Shown: positions 8,509 through 16,934 of the stretch, one piece after another
Numbering within the stretch: the stretch's first letter is position 1
Layout: each line of letters starts with the position of its first letter
IMG/VR virus record: IMGVR_UViG_3300049491_001058
Strand: one strand, 5' to 3'
DNA from: an uncultured virus (IMG/VR IMGVR_UViG_3300049491_001058)
Taxonomy: Duplodnaviria > Heunggongvirae > Uroviricota > Caudoviricetes
DNA: 64,000 nucleotides
Position numbers and translations under genes: made by a program
The notes under the pieces: generated by a model
Seen by the model: the letters and a program-made list of their open reading frames with translations, nothing else
The model's database searches: none
What the model was told of the DNA's origin: nothing

Positions 8509-9717
8509 ATGGGATTATTTTCTTTAGACGGCGACCAAGCTCTTTCATTGCTGAAAAGATATCTGCCCGGATCTCTTGCTGTCGGAGCTTCTGCTGCAGG
8601 ACTGAAGCATTTGGGCGGAATGCTCTATCAAATGGAGAAGGATAAGAAGGATAAACAGGAGAGGGGCGACGTCTTGACTGTTCAGATTCCCCAGGGATCG
8701 AAGATGGCGGCGTCTATTCCTGCTGCGGCAGCAGAGGCTCTAGAAAGAATGGCCGCCCAGGCAGCACATGCGGGCGAGAGCGGTGCGGCAACAATTATTC
8801 CAACCCCAGCCCTCTCCAGAACAGCAAAGGCAATGCAGGCGATCAAGAGTCATAAACTCATAACAGGCGGAGCTATCGCTGGCGCTGGTGCAACGGGGAT
8901 GGGGCAGGCAAAAGACTGGGACGACAATAAAGGTGCTCCGTCCGAACCGCCACCCTCTCTTTGGGATTCGGGAGGTATCGCGTCAACCATTATGCTTGGT
9001 GGCTTGGGTGGCTACAGCCTTGTTGATCACTTCATCAAAAAGAGACAAAAGAAGAATCTAGAAGAGCAGCTCGACGACTCAAAAAGAGAATACTCTCAGC
9101 TACTCGGAGCCAGCTTGGTAAAGGGGGCTTCAGTGGAGCCAAGTTTCCCTATTATTAGCGGCATCTGCTCGTATAAGGTGGAAAGGGGAGATCGTCCGCA
9201 GAAGGAAGCGGCTGCAGCGCTCACTCGCTTGATAGGAATCCCCACAGGTGCGGCGGCTGTTTCAGCTATTCTTGCTCACCGATGGATGTATGAAAGACAG
9301 AAGGAGCTTGAGAAGCTTCACACGGAGTCGAAACCTACACCACCAAAACAAATCCGGTTGGTTTCCGCACCGCCAGAAGCCCCAACTGACGACACTGATG
9401 ATGGAGAAAAACCTCTGGCGCTCGGCTTTGACAAAGGGGCCGCAGCGATGCCGGACTGGTTCGAATTCTTCAACAAGGTTCCCGCAGCTCCAGATGAGCA
9501 GGCCCTGAGGCAAACTCAGAAGCAGCAGGAGGAGGACGAGAAGAAGCAGCCCAAGATGACAAACATTGCTCCTGGTACTGTTCAGGTTTCCCTTCGCGAT
9601 GGACCGGTAGAGATTCTAGCTGAAGATCCGCGAGCAGCTAAGATCTTGAGCAAAGCTTCTCCTCGTTTGACAAAACTTCTCGCTGCTTTTCAATCCACTC
9701 CAGCAGACCTTCGATGA
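8509..9717 (+). CDS. Putative virion-internal membrane-associated protein (K-x-A segmented)
   Basis: KMA, KGA, KEA, KGA motifs; four Gly/Ala-rich hydrophobic helices, most followed by basic stretches. Confidence 0.65.
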   Translation: MGLFSLDGDQALSLLKRYLPGSLAVGASAAGLKHLGGMLYQMEKDKKDKQERGDVLTVQIPQGSKMAASIPAAAAEALERMAAQAAHAGESGAATIIPTPALSRTAKAMQAIKSHKLITGGAIAGAGATGMGQAKDWDDNKGAPSEPPPSLWDSGGIASTIMLGGLGGYSLVDHFIKKRQKKNLEEQLDDSKREYSQLLGASLVKGASVEPSFPIISGICSYKVERGDRPQKEAAAALTRLIGIPTGAAAVSAILAHRWMYERQKELEKLHTESKPTPPKQIRLVSAPPEAPTDDTDDGEKPLALGFDKGAAAMPDWFEFFNKVPAAPDEQALRQTQKQQEEDEKKQPKMTNIAPGTVQVSLRDGPVEILAEDPRAAKILSKASPRLTKLLAAFQSTPADLR

Positions 9718-9720
9718 GCT

Positions 9721-11199
9721 ATGATCACACTCCCGAGTGGCGTAAGATTGAGGGAGTTCTATAGTCCCACCGAAACTCGCGACGAGATTTTTCGCCGGGT
9801 CCAGGAGGGGTTTGAGAAACGCTTTCCGATGGAAAATGATTCCATTAGGATGGAGCTAGCGAACATTGGTTACGACGAGAAAAAGAAGAGGTTCTCGCTT
9901 GATGATCACCAGAATGCAGTTCTTTCTGGCGGTAAATTATCGACCCCTCTAAGAGCCAAAGTCAGACTGATCGACAAGAAGTTCAACGTGCCTCTGGACG
10001 AAAGGGATGTTGTTCTGGCGAATGTCCCATATATGACAGATGACGGTACCTTTGTAATCAAAGGGAACGCTTATTCTGTGAATAATCAGGCCCGCTTAAG
10101 GGCTGGAGTTTTTGCTAGAACAAAGGACTCAGGAGAGATGGAGTCCCATATCAATACGAAGTCCGGGACCGGCCCATCTATGCGTCTGTTTATGGAGCCA
10201 GAGACAGGCGTCTTTCGTGCATCAATCGACAAGTCGAATATCAAACTGTATCCAGTGCTCAGTGCCCTTGGCGTGACGGACGACCAACTGAAAGAAGCTT
10301 GGGGAGACAAAATTCTTGAGCAAAACCGCAAGGCCTGGGACAGGGGCGCTTTCAATAAGTTCTACGGCAAGATGCTTCGGCACCGAGCCAACCTGGAAGC
10401 CTCTGATGAGGAAAAGAAACAGCAGATATTGGATAGGCTCTCCATTGCACAACTCGACCCTGAAGTGACGACCCGAACCCTTGGTCGCCCCCACTCAAAC
10501 CTCTCGATGGACATGTTTCTCGATGCTTCCCGAAAGTTACTGAGAGTAAACCGAGGAGAGGAAGAGGAGGACGACCGCGATCATCCAGCCAACCGAACGG
10601 TTCACTCTGTTGACGATTTCCTTTCTGATCGTGTGTCGAAGGATGCAGGCAAACTTGGCAAGACACTTTTGTATCGAGCAACCTATGACCGATCATTGAA
10701 ACAGCTGCGCCCCGGTTATTTCACACCGCAGCTTGAAGGACTGATCATTGGTAACCAACTAAGCCAGCTTGTTTCTGGAACAAACCCTGTTGAACTGTAT
10801 GACCAACACAAGCGAGTGATCCAATTGGGTGAAGGCGGAGTTGGGTCCATGGATGGAATACCTATGTCATCTAGAAATCTTCATGCAGGTCACTTAGGTA
10901 TGATTGACCCAATCCGTTCCAGCGAATCAAAAGCTATTGGGGTTGATCAGCGCTTTACTGTCTCAGCAATGAAGGGCGATGACAATCTGGTCTACTATCC
11001 GTTGAGAAATCGGCGGACTGGACAAATTGAATACATGAACTCTGTCCAAGTAGCGGATAAGGCAGTAGCTTTTCCAAAAGCAACCTCCTTGGAGGGTTTT
11101 AAAACAATGATGCCGGCAGTACAGCCTGTGCCCCAGGCGCAAACAGGTGTAGTGCCGCCAATCGAACCGCCCAAAGCAACCGATCTTTTAAATCTATGA
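9721..11199 (+). CDS. rpoB: RNA polymerase beta subunit, N-terminal part
   Basis: VPYMTDDGTFVIKG...NQARLRAGVF, DDRDHPANR, SQLVSGTNP...KRVIQLGEGG and RNLHAGHLGMIDPIRSSE match conserved beta blocks. Confidence 0.92.
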   Translation: MITLPSGVRLREFYSPTETRDEIFRRVQEGFEKRFPMENDSIRMELANIGYDEKKKRFSLDDHQNAVLSGGKLSTPLRAKVRLIDKKFNVPLDERDVVLANVPYMTDDGTFVIKGNAYSVNNQARLRAGVFARTKDSGEMESHINTKSGTGPSMRLFMEPETGVFRASIDKSNIKLYPVLSALGVTDDQLKEAWGDKILEQNRKAWDRGAFNKFYGKMLRHRANLEASDEEKKQQILDRLSIAQLDPEVTTRTLGRPHSNLSMDMFLDASRKLLRVNRGEEEEDDRDHPANRTVHSVDDFLSDRVSKDAGKLGKTLLYRATYDRSLKQLRPGYFTPQLEGLIIGNQLSQLVSGTNPVELYDQHKRVIQLGEGGVGSMDGIPMSSRNLHAGHLGMIDPIRSSESKAIGVDQRFTVSAMKGDDNLVYYPLRNRRTGQIEYMNSVQVADKAVAFPKATSLEGFKTMMPAVQPVPQAQTGVVPPIEPPKATDLLNL

Positions 11200-11462
11200 A
11201 ACGCGCAACAATCTCTCTAGGCTATGGCAACCAAGGGGACGACTTTGCCCTTCACTTGGAAAAGTTTCCTGGATCATCCATGAACGCTATTGACTCGATG
11301 AGAAAGCAAATGGAAGGAGTCGCCAAGCATCTTGGTAAAATAGCCGAGTGCTTGTCAGGCTTTTCATGTGAAGGTGTTGAGGTAAGAGGTAGTGCTCGCT
11401 GCTTGTGGATCTCGGCCCCCGACGAAGTGATTGATGCGCTTGTGGCAAAAGACCTTGTATAA
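11196..11462 (+). CDS. Small hypothetical protein between the RNAP beta halves
   Basis: 88-aa ORF, ATGA overlap with the upstream gene. Confidence 0.6.
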   Translation: MKRATISLGYGNQGDDFALHLEKFPGSSMNAIDSMRKQMEGVAKHLGKIAECLSGFSCEGVEVRGSARCLWISAPDEVIDALVAKDLV

Positions 11463-11474
11463 TAAAAGACAGTC

Positions 11475-14400
11475 ATGCCAATCAAAAATCCAAACGCTGT
11501 CAGCCTCTTGGGTTCGAGTCCTCCTGTGGCTCGTCCACTTACTGCTGTTGTTCGTGGCGGCAAGATGACTCAGGTCGACGATGGCGAGGTGGATTATGAA
11601 TTAGTCAGCCCGAACCATCAATTCACTGAGACGTCGGCAGCCGTTCCTCTTGCCTCAACTATTAAAGGTGCTCGTCTCTTTATTGCATCCAAGTATGGCG
11701 TTCAAGCTTTGCCGCTGGTGAACCCAGACTCTCCTCTTGTTGACAATCTCGACGACGAGACTGGAGAGGGATACAATAAAACTCTTGGCCATAAGCTGGG
11801 ACTCAAGAAAGCTCATATTGGCGGGACAATTAAAAGGGTGTCCGAAAAGTTCATCGACATGGATGACGACGACGGGAAGACAACTCGCTTCGATATGAAG
11901 CAATACTTCCCGAACAATAAAAAGACTTATACTTCGGAGACACCGATGGTTGCCGTGGGTGACCGCGTAGAGATCGGCCAGCCAATCGCGAGAAATAACT
12001 TTGTCGATAAAGACGGCAGACTTGCGATGGGAAAGAATCTGACCGTCGCCTTTATGCCGGCACCTGGAGGCGATACTTTCGAAGACGCTATTGCTGTTTC
12101 CGAAAGCGCGGCAAAGAAAATGACATCGCCTCATTTGTTCGGGTTCGATATTGAACATAAGCACGGGACGAACAGTGAGAAAAATAAGTTCATTTCGTTA
12201 TTTCCGAACAAGTACACTAATGACCAGTTGGCGAAAATTGATGCGAACGGAATGATCAAGCCGGGAGTTCGAGTCAACCCAGGCGATCCGGTCCTTCTTT
12301 CGTTCGCTCCACGATCCCTCTCCTCTCGGGACGCGGCAATGGGGAACCTGTCGAAGGTGCTGAGGAATTCGTTTCAAGACCTTTCGCAGGAGTGGGACAA
12401 ATCAACAGAGGGGGTGGTCGCTCATGCAGTTGCTCATCGCTCCGGTCATGCAGTAAAGATTGCGACCAATACGCCATTACAGGCCGGGGACAAGGTCAGT
12501 GCGAGGTCGGGCGCGAAGGGGGTCATCAGCAAAATTATCCCTGATGACCAAATTATACGATCAAAGGACGGAACACCGATCGACATCTTTATTAATCCGG
12601 CTGCAATGATTGGCCGTGTTAATCCGGGAATGATTTTTGAATCCCTTCTCGGTAAGATTGCCCACAAACACAATCGTCGATACGACCTTCCTGGATTCTC
12701 CGATGACTCTTATCGTGATTACGTGGAGCACGAGCTCGCAGCTCATGGAGAATCCGATACCGAGGATCTTGACGATCCGGTCACCGGCAATACGATTCCA
12801 AAGGTCATCACTGGTCGTCAGTTCTTCATGAAGCTTGAACACGTTTCTGACTCAAAACAGTCGGGACGCGGCGATGGCGGAAGCGATATAAACGACCAAC
12901 CCACGAAAGGCGGGGAGGACGGCTGTTTCCCCGAGTGTCAAAAGATTCGGACAGCTTTTGGGACAATGGACATCGGACGCATTTGCGAGAAGAGAATAGG
13001 TGTTCCCGTCTTTACGTATTCAGAAAAACTAAATGAGTGGGTATTTAGGCCTATAACTGATTGGTTTATCAAAAGGTCTTCTGTTGACGACATATTAACG
13101 ATTGAACTGGAGGAGGCAATTCGTGACTGGAACTCCTCGGCCGAGCATCGGTCAAAAACAAATACATGCATCCATCCGACAAAAAACCACTGGATCTACA
13201 CTTTTGAAGGAGAGAAGAAGCAAGCTCAAGACCTTAAAATTGGAGACTCACTCGTATCTTGGGGGCCTAAACCAACAGATGACCAAATGTCTTTCCTTTA
13301 CGGAACAATGCTTGGAGATGGCTATTCTCACGTCGATGGCGATATCTTTGTTTGTAAGCATTCAATAAAGCAAATCACTTATTTAGACTGGAAGCAGAAG
13401 GTACTGTCTGGATTGTGCGCGACCAAGAGCGAATATAGAGAACGAACCAGCAAAAACTCAGCCACAGTAAAGCTTGGATACGCCCAGGAAGGAGACTTAT
13501 TTAATTATGGGATTGTGTCGTTCCAGGATGACGTCCTGTGCTCACACTTGAGGAGGTTTTGTTATTCAGGGCCGAGCGGCAAGAAAAAGCTGACGAAAGA
13601 GTGGTTAAGTAAGCTCGACGGACTAGCTATCGCTGCTTGGATTCTGGATGATGGATCGATCACAAATAAGTCTAAAAAGGCCGGAAAAGTGGCGCTGGGG
13701 GGCAGTGTCGCTACTCAGTGTTTTGAGAGAGAAGACGTGGAAATGCTTCGACAGTTTCTTTCTGAGAAATATGGTGCTGTATGCTGGATCTCTTCAGAAC
13801 AAGCCAAGAACGGACCGATCATTTCGTTCTCTGTTGAGATGTGCAAAGCGTTAATCCAAGAAATTGCTCAGTGGATTCCTGCTCAGTCGATACCTGGATC
13901 AAAAAGGTTCCTTGTAAAGCAGGTAGCAAAAATTCAGGAAGGCCGTTCTTTGAATTCAATAAATTCTGTCTGTGAGCTATCCAAGATACCTCTGAGAATA
14001 AAAGACATTCGAAAGTTTTCTCCAGATAAACCGAATACAACAGAGGTAAATGTTTATGACTTTACTGTTCAGGAGACTCATTCTTATGCCGCAGGCCCAG
14101 TATTGGTATCAAACAGTAAGCGTTTAGGTGGTCTTCAAAATTACGCCCTCCTGTCTCACGGTGCTGATCAAGTCCTGAAGGATGCCCATCTTTATCGCGG
14201 ATCATCGAATGTCGATATGTGGCGTCGCCTTAGGTTAGGGGAGTCACTGCCCGCGCCCAAGGTTCCGTTTGTCTATGATAAGTTTTTGAACTCGCTCAAA
14301 GGGGCCGGGATCAACACGAAGCCGGACGCAGACGGAAGACTGAAGATTCTCGCTCTCACCGACAAAGATGTGGATGAGATGGCTAAACATGAGATTCAAA

Positions 14401-15725
14401 ACTCGGAAACGATTAGCCATAAAGATGGATCGCCTATCAAGGGCGGGATGATGGATTTTTCGCTACACGGTGGACCAGCGGGACTGGGTTGGTCGAAGAT
14501 CGCTTTGGATGAGCCAATGCCTTCTCCTGTTATGGAGGAGCCAATTCGACGTCTGCTTGGGATTACCGAAAAACAAATGCGCGGCATTATTGCCGGGACT
14601 GACTCGATCGGCGGCAAAAAGGGGCCACAAGCTCTCCACGACGCACTGAAGGCGATCAATATTGACCAGATGATCGAGAGCGACAGAGAGACTATTCGCT
14701 TAGGAAGGAAGGGCAAAAGGGACGAAGCTGTTCGCCGGATGAACTATGCTCTAGGCTTGAAAAAGTCTGGACTCGAGCCGTCAGAAATGATGATCACCAA
14801 GATTCCCGTCATTCCTCCAGCATATCGCCCGGTCACGGTGATGGGTAATATGCACCTCACCTCAGACGCAAACTATCTGTATAAAGATCTGATGTCTTCC
14901 CGTGACGCTTTTCGATCAAACAGAGAAGAGCTTGGGGATGATGATCTATCTAATGAGCGTCTGGCTATCTACGATTCCATCAAAGCTATTCAAGGCCTTG
15001 GTGACCCAATTAATATCGAGACAGCAAACAAAGGAGTAAAAGGATTCATTCGTCAGATTGCTGGAGTTGGCGGTCCAAAGACGGGATTTTTTGCATCCAA
15101 AGTTATTGGTCATCCGGTCAACGCTGTTGGTCGAGCCGTTATTGTTCCAAATGCCGACCTCAATATGGATCAGGTGGGCATCCCTCATAAAATGGCTTGG
15201 AATATGTTTGGGCCATTCGTAATGCGCTCAATGGTTCGCGAGGGGATGCCCGCAACTGAGGCAGCCAAGAAGGTGGAAAAGCAGGACCCCTTTGCTTTGA
15301 AGCATCTGCAAAAAGTAATGGCGGAGCGACCAGTGATGTATAGCCGAGATCCGGCGCTTCACAGGTTCTCCATTATGGGAGGGATGCCTGTACTGTCTGC
15401 GGGGAACAATATCCAGATGTCGCCCTTGGTTGTGAAGCCTTTTGGTGCCGACTATGACGGAGACCAAATGAATATTCATGTTCCTGTGTCAGACGAGTCC
15501 GTCAAGGAGGTTAAGGAGCGGATGATGCCAAGCAAAAACCTCTTTGGTCTCAGAGGGAAGCAGGTGCATTACCTCCCCAGCCAAGAGTTTACCCTTGGTA
15601 TCTTCGGAAGCACAAAGCAGCGCCCAAAAACACAGTCAATACATTTTAAAAGCAAGGAAGAGGCTGTTGCTGCTTACAAAGCTGGCCTTATTCCTATTGA
15701 CCAACCGATTACGATTGATGATTGA
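11475..15725 (+). CDS. RNA polymerase beta C-terminal / beta' N-terminal fusion (both catalytic barrels), intein-containing
   Basis: Beta blocks GKNLTVAFM...FEDAI, GDKVSARSGAKG, NPAAMIGRVN, MKLEH; beta' blocks IPVIPPAYRP, GRAVIVP, SRDPALH, catalytic GADYDGDQM, PSQEFTLG. Confidence 0.95.
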   Translation: MPIKNPNAVSLLGSSPPVARPLTAVVRGGKMTQVDDGEVDYELVSPNHQFTETSAAVPLASTIKGARLFIASKYGVQALPLVNPDSPLVDNLDDETGEGYNKTLGHKLGLKKAHIGGTIKRVSEKFIDMDDDDGKTTRFDMKQYFPNNKKTYTSETPMVAVGDRVEIGQPIARNNFVDKDGRLAMGKNLTVAFMPAPGGDTFEDAIAVSESAAKKMTSPHLFGFDIEHKHGTNSEKNKFISLFPNKYTNDQLAKIDANGMIKPGVRVNPGDPVLLSFAPRSLSSRDAAMGNLSKVLRNSFQDLSQEWDKSTEGVVAHAVAHRSGHAVKIATNTPLQAGDKVSARSGAKGVISKIIPDDQIIRSKDGTPIDIFINPAAMIGRVNPGMIFESLLGKIAHKHNRRYDLPGFSDDSYRDYVEHELAAHGESDTEDLDDPVTGNTIPKVITGRQFFMKLEHVSDSKQSGRGDGGSDINDQPTKGGEDGCFPECQKIRTAFGTMDIGRICEKRIGVPVFTYSEKLNEWVFRPITDWFIKRSSVDDILTIELEEAIRDWNSSAEHRSKTNTCIHPTKNHWIYTFEGEKKQAQDLKIGDSLVSWGPKPTDDQMSFLYGTMLGDGYSHVDGDIFVCKHSIKQITYLDWKQKVLSGLCATKSEYRERTSKNSATVKLGYAQEGDLFNYGIVSFQDDVLCSHLRRFCYSGPSGKKKLTKEWLSKLDGLAIAAWILDDGSITNKSKKAGKVALGGSVATQCFEREDVEMLRQFLSEKYGAVCWISSEQAKNGPIISFSVEMCKALIQEIAQWIPAQSIPGSKRFLVKQVAKIQEGRSLNSINSVCELSKIPLRIKDIRKFSPDKPNTTEVNVYDFTVQETHSYAAGPVLVSNSKRLGGLQNYALLSHGADQVLKDAHLYRGSSNVDMWRRLRLGESLPAPKVPFVYDKFLNSLKGAGINTKPDADGRLKILALTDKDVDEMAKHEIQNSETISHKDGSPIKGGMMDFSLHGGPAGLGWSKIALDEPMPSPVMEEPIRRLLGITEKQMRGIIAGTDSIGGKKGPQALHDALKAINIDQMIESDRETIRLGRKGKRDEAVRRMNYALGLKKSGLEPSEMMITKIPVIPPAYRPVTVMGNMHLTSDANYLYKDLMSSRDAFRSNREELGDDDLSNERLAIYDSIKAIQGLGDPINIETANKGVKGFIRQIAGVGGPKTGFFASKVIGHPVNAVGRAVIVPNADLNMDQVGIPHKMAWNMFGPFVMRSMVREGMPATEAAKKVEKQDPFALKHLQKVMAERPVMYSRDPALHRFSIMGGMPVLSAGNNIQMSPLVVKPFGADYDGDQMNIHVPVSDESVKEVKERMMPSKNLFGLRGKQVHYLPSQEFTLGIFGSTKQRPKTQSIHFKSKEEAVAAYKAGLIPIDQPITIDD
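12924..14114 (+). mobile_element. Intein with LAGLIDADG homing endonuclease (397 aa) in RNAP
   Basis: Starts CFPECQKI, ends VYDFTVQETHSYAAGPVLVSN|S; LAGLIDADG-like blocks LYGTMLGDG and AAWILDDGS; removal restores QPTKGGEDG|SKRLG. Confidence 0.92.
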
Positions 15726-15762
15726 TTATTGCTGAGTAAGCTCAGTATCTCTTCTCAAAAAA

Positions 15763-16164
15763 ATGAACATCCCATTCCTTTCTTTTCTCGCTCAAGCCAC
15801 CTCCGAAGATCGTGTCGAATATTGGATCAGAGTGGTGCCGGCCCTGCTTGATCGGGTGGGGTTCCCGGTCATTGTTGTGGGTTTGTTGAGCTGGTTTTTC
15901 GTGATGTTTCTCAAGTGGGCAACACCCAAGCTCGATGCGTGTATCGCAGCCTGGGTTAGATCTAAGGATGCGATGACTGAGTCCTATAAGGAAACGACAA
16001 AGATCGTATCGAAGCTTTCTGAGGAAATGCAAAGGATCCAATTGGACCAGCACCATACCTTAATCGAACTCAAGAACGGCTTGATTCAGGTATGCAAACA
16101 TAGCCAGTGCAGCCTCTCTGTTGGTAATCAAATCAGTGCCGCCAGCCAAGGCAAAAAAGAATGA
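15763..16164 (+). CDS. Single-TM holin-like membrane protein with coiled coil
   Basis: VGFPVIVVGLLSWFFVMFL helix followed by a heptad-like helical tail. Confidence 0.45.
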   Translation: MNIPFLSFLAQATSEDRVEYWIRVVPALLDRVGFPVIVVGLLSWFFVMFLKWATPKLDACIAAWVRSKDAMTESYKETTKIVSKLSEEMQRIQLDQHHTLIELKNGLIQVCKHSQCSLSVGNQISAASQGKKE

Positions 16165-16925
16165 AACCTTTTATTGAGCAATTTCAGTCAGTAACAAAGA
16201 CTCTCGATGTTTTGCCGTCAGCAAACGTTAGTTCATCGACGGCTGATTTCTCAATGAGTTTCATTGGGAACGCGATGCAGACGGTATCTGTTTTCGTCAT
16301 TACATTTCTGATCATGAAGATCGTGATTCAGAATTGGTCCAGGATTGGGCATGACCTCAGGTGGTTGCTTTGTCACTTCTCTTTTTTTGTGGCATGCTTG
16401 GGAGTTGTAAAGATTTGCTATATTTGTGGATGGCTTATGTCCAGTCCGCCCCTTGGATCTTTCTTCATAATCTTTTCGGGCGTTGTTGGAGTATCTTTGG
16501 TCCGGCACCTTCATTGGTTCCAAAAGAACACGATCGAGTTCAGACGGCTGATGTCTTTAATAATGGAGGAATTTACAAAAGACATTCTTCCCCAGATCGA
16601 GGTGGGGATGTGGAAATGGACCTTTGAAACAGAAGACGCTCCAGAGAATCTTGAGTGGGACCTGATGGAGCATAAGATATTTGGAACCAATCCAGATACG
16701 TTTCAAAACACTTATGCGGAGTTTGCCTCCCTGGTTCACCCAGAAGATCGAGAAAGAATGAGCAGAGAGATTGACGAGGCTATTCAAAAAGGAACTATTT
16801 TCAGTTACGAGATGCGAATAAGCGATCAGTGCGGTGGGTGGAAAAAAGTTTACGGGCGAGGGTCGGTGTTTAAAGATTTATGTGGCAATCCGATTTATAT
16901 GGCAGGAGTTAATTTTTCGAGTTGA
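16161..16925 (+). CDS. Membrane protein (about 3 TM) with a C-terminal PAS/PAC domain and no output domain
   Basis: VGMWKW...LEWD...IFG...LVHPEDRERM...YEMRI...GWKKVYGRG...GNPIYMAGV is a PAS_3-type signature. Confidence 0.85.
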   Translation: MKPFIEQFQSVTKTLDVLPSANVSSSTADFSMSFIGNAMQTVSVFVITFLIMKIVIQNWSRIGHDLRWLLCHFSFFVACLGVVKICYICGWLMSSPPLGSFFIIFSGVVGVSLVRHLHWFQKNTIEFRRLMSLIMEEFTKDILPQIEVGMWKWTFETEDAPENLEWDLMEHKIFGTNPDTFQNTYAEFASLVHPEDRERMSREIDEAIQKGTIFSYEMRISDQCGGWKKVYGRGSVFKDLCGNPIYMAGVNFSS

Positions 16926-16934
16926 TTACCGCAA

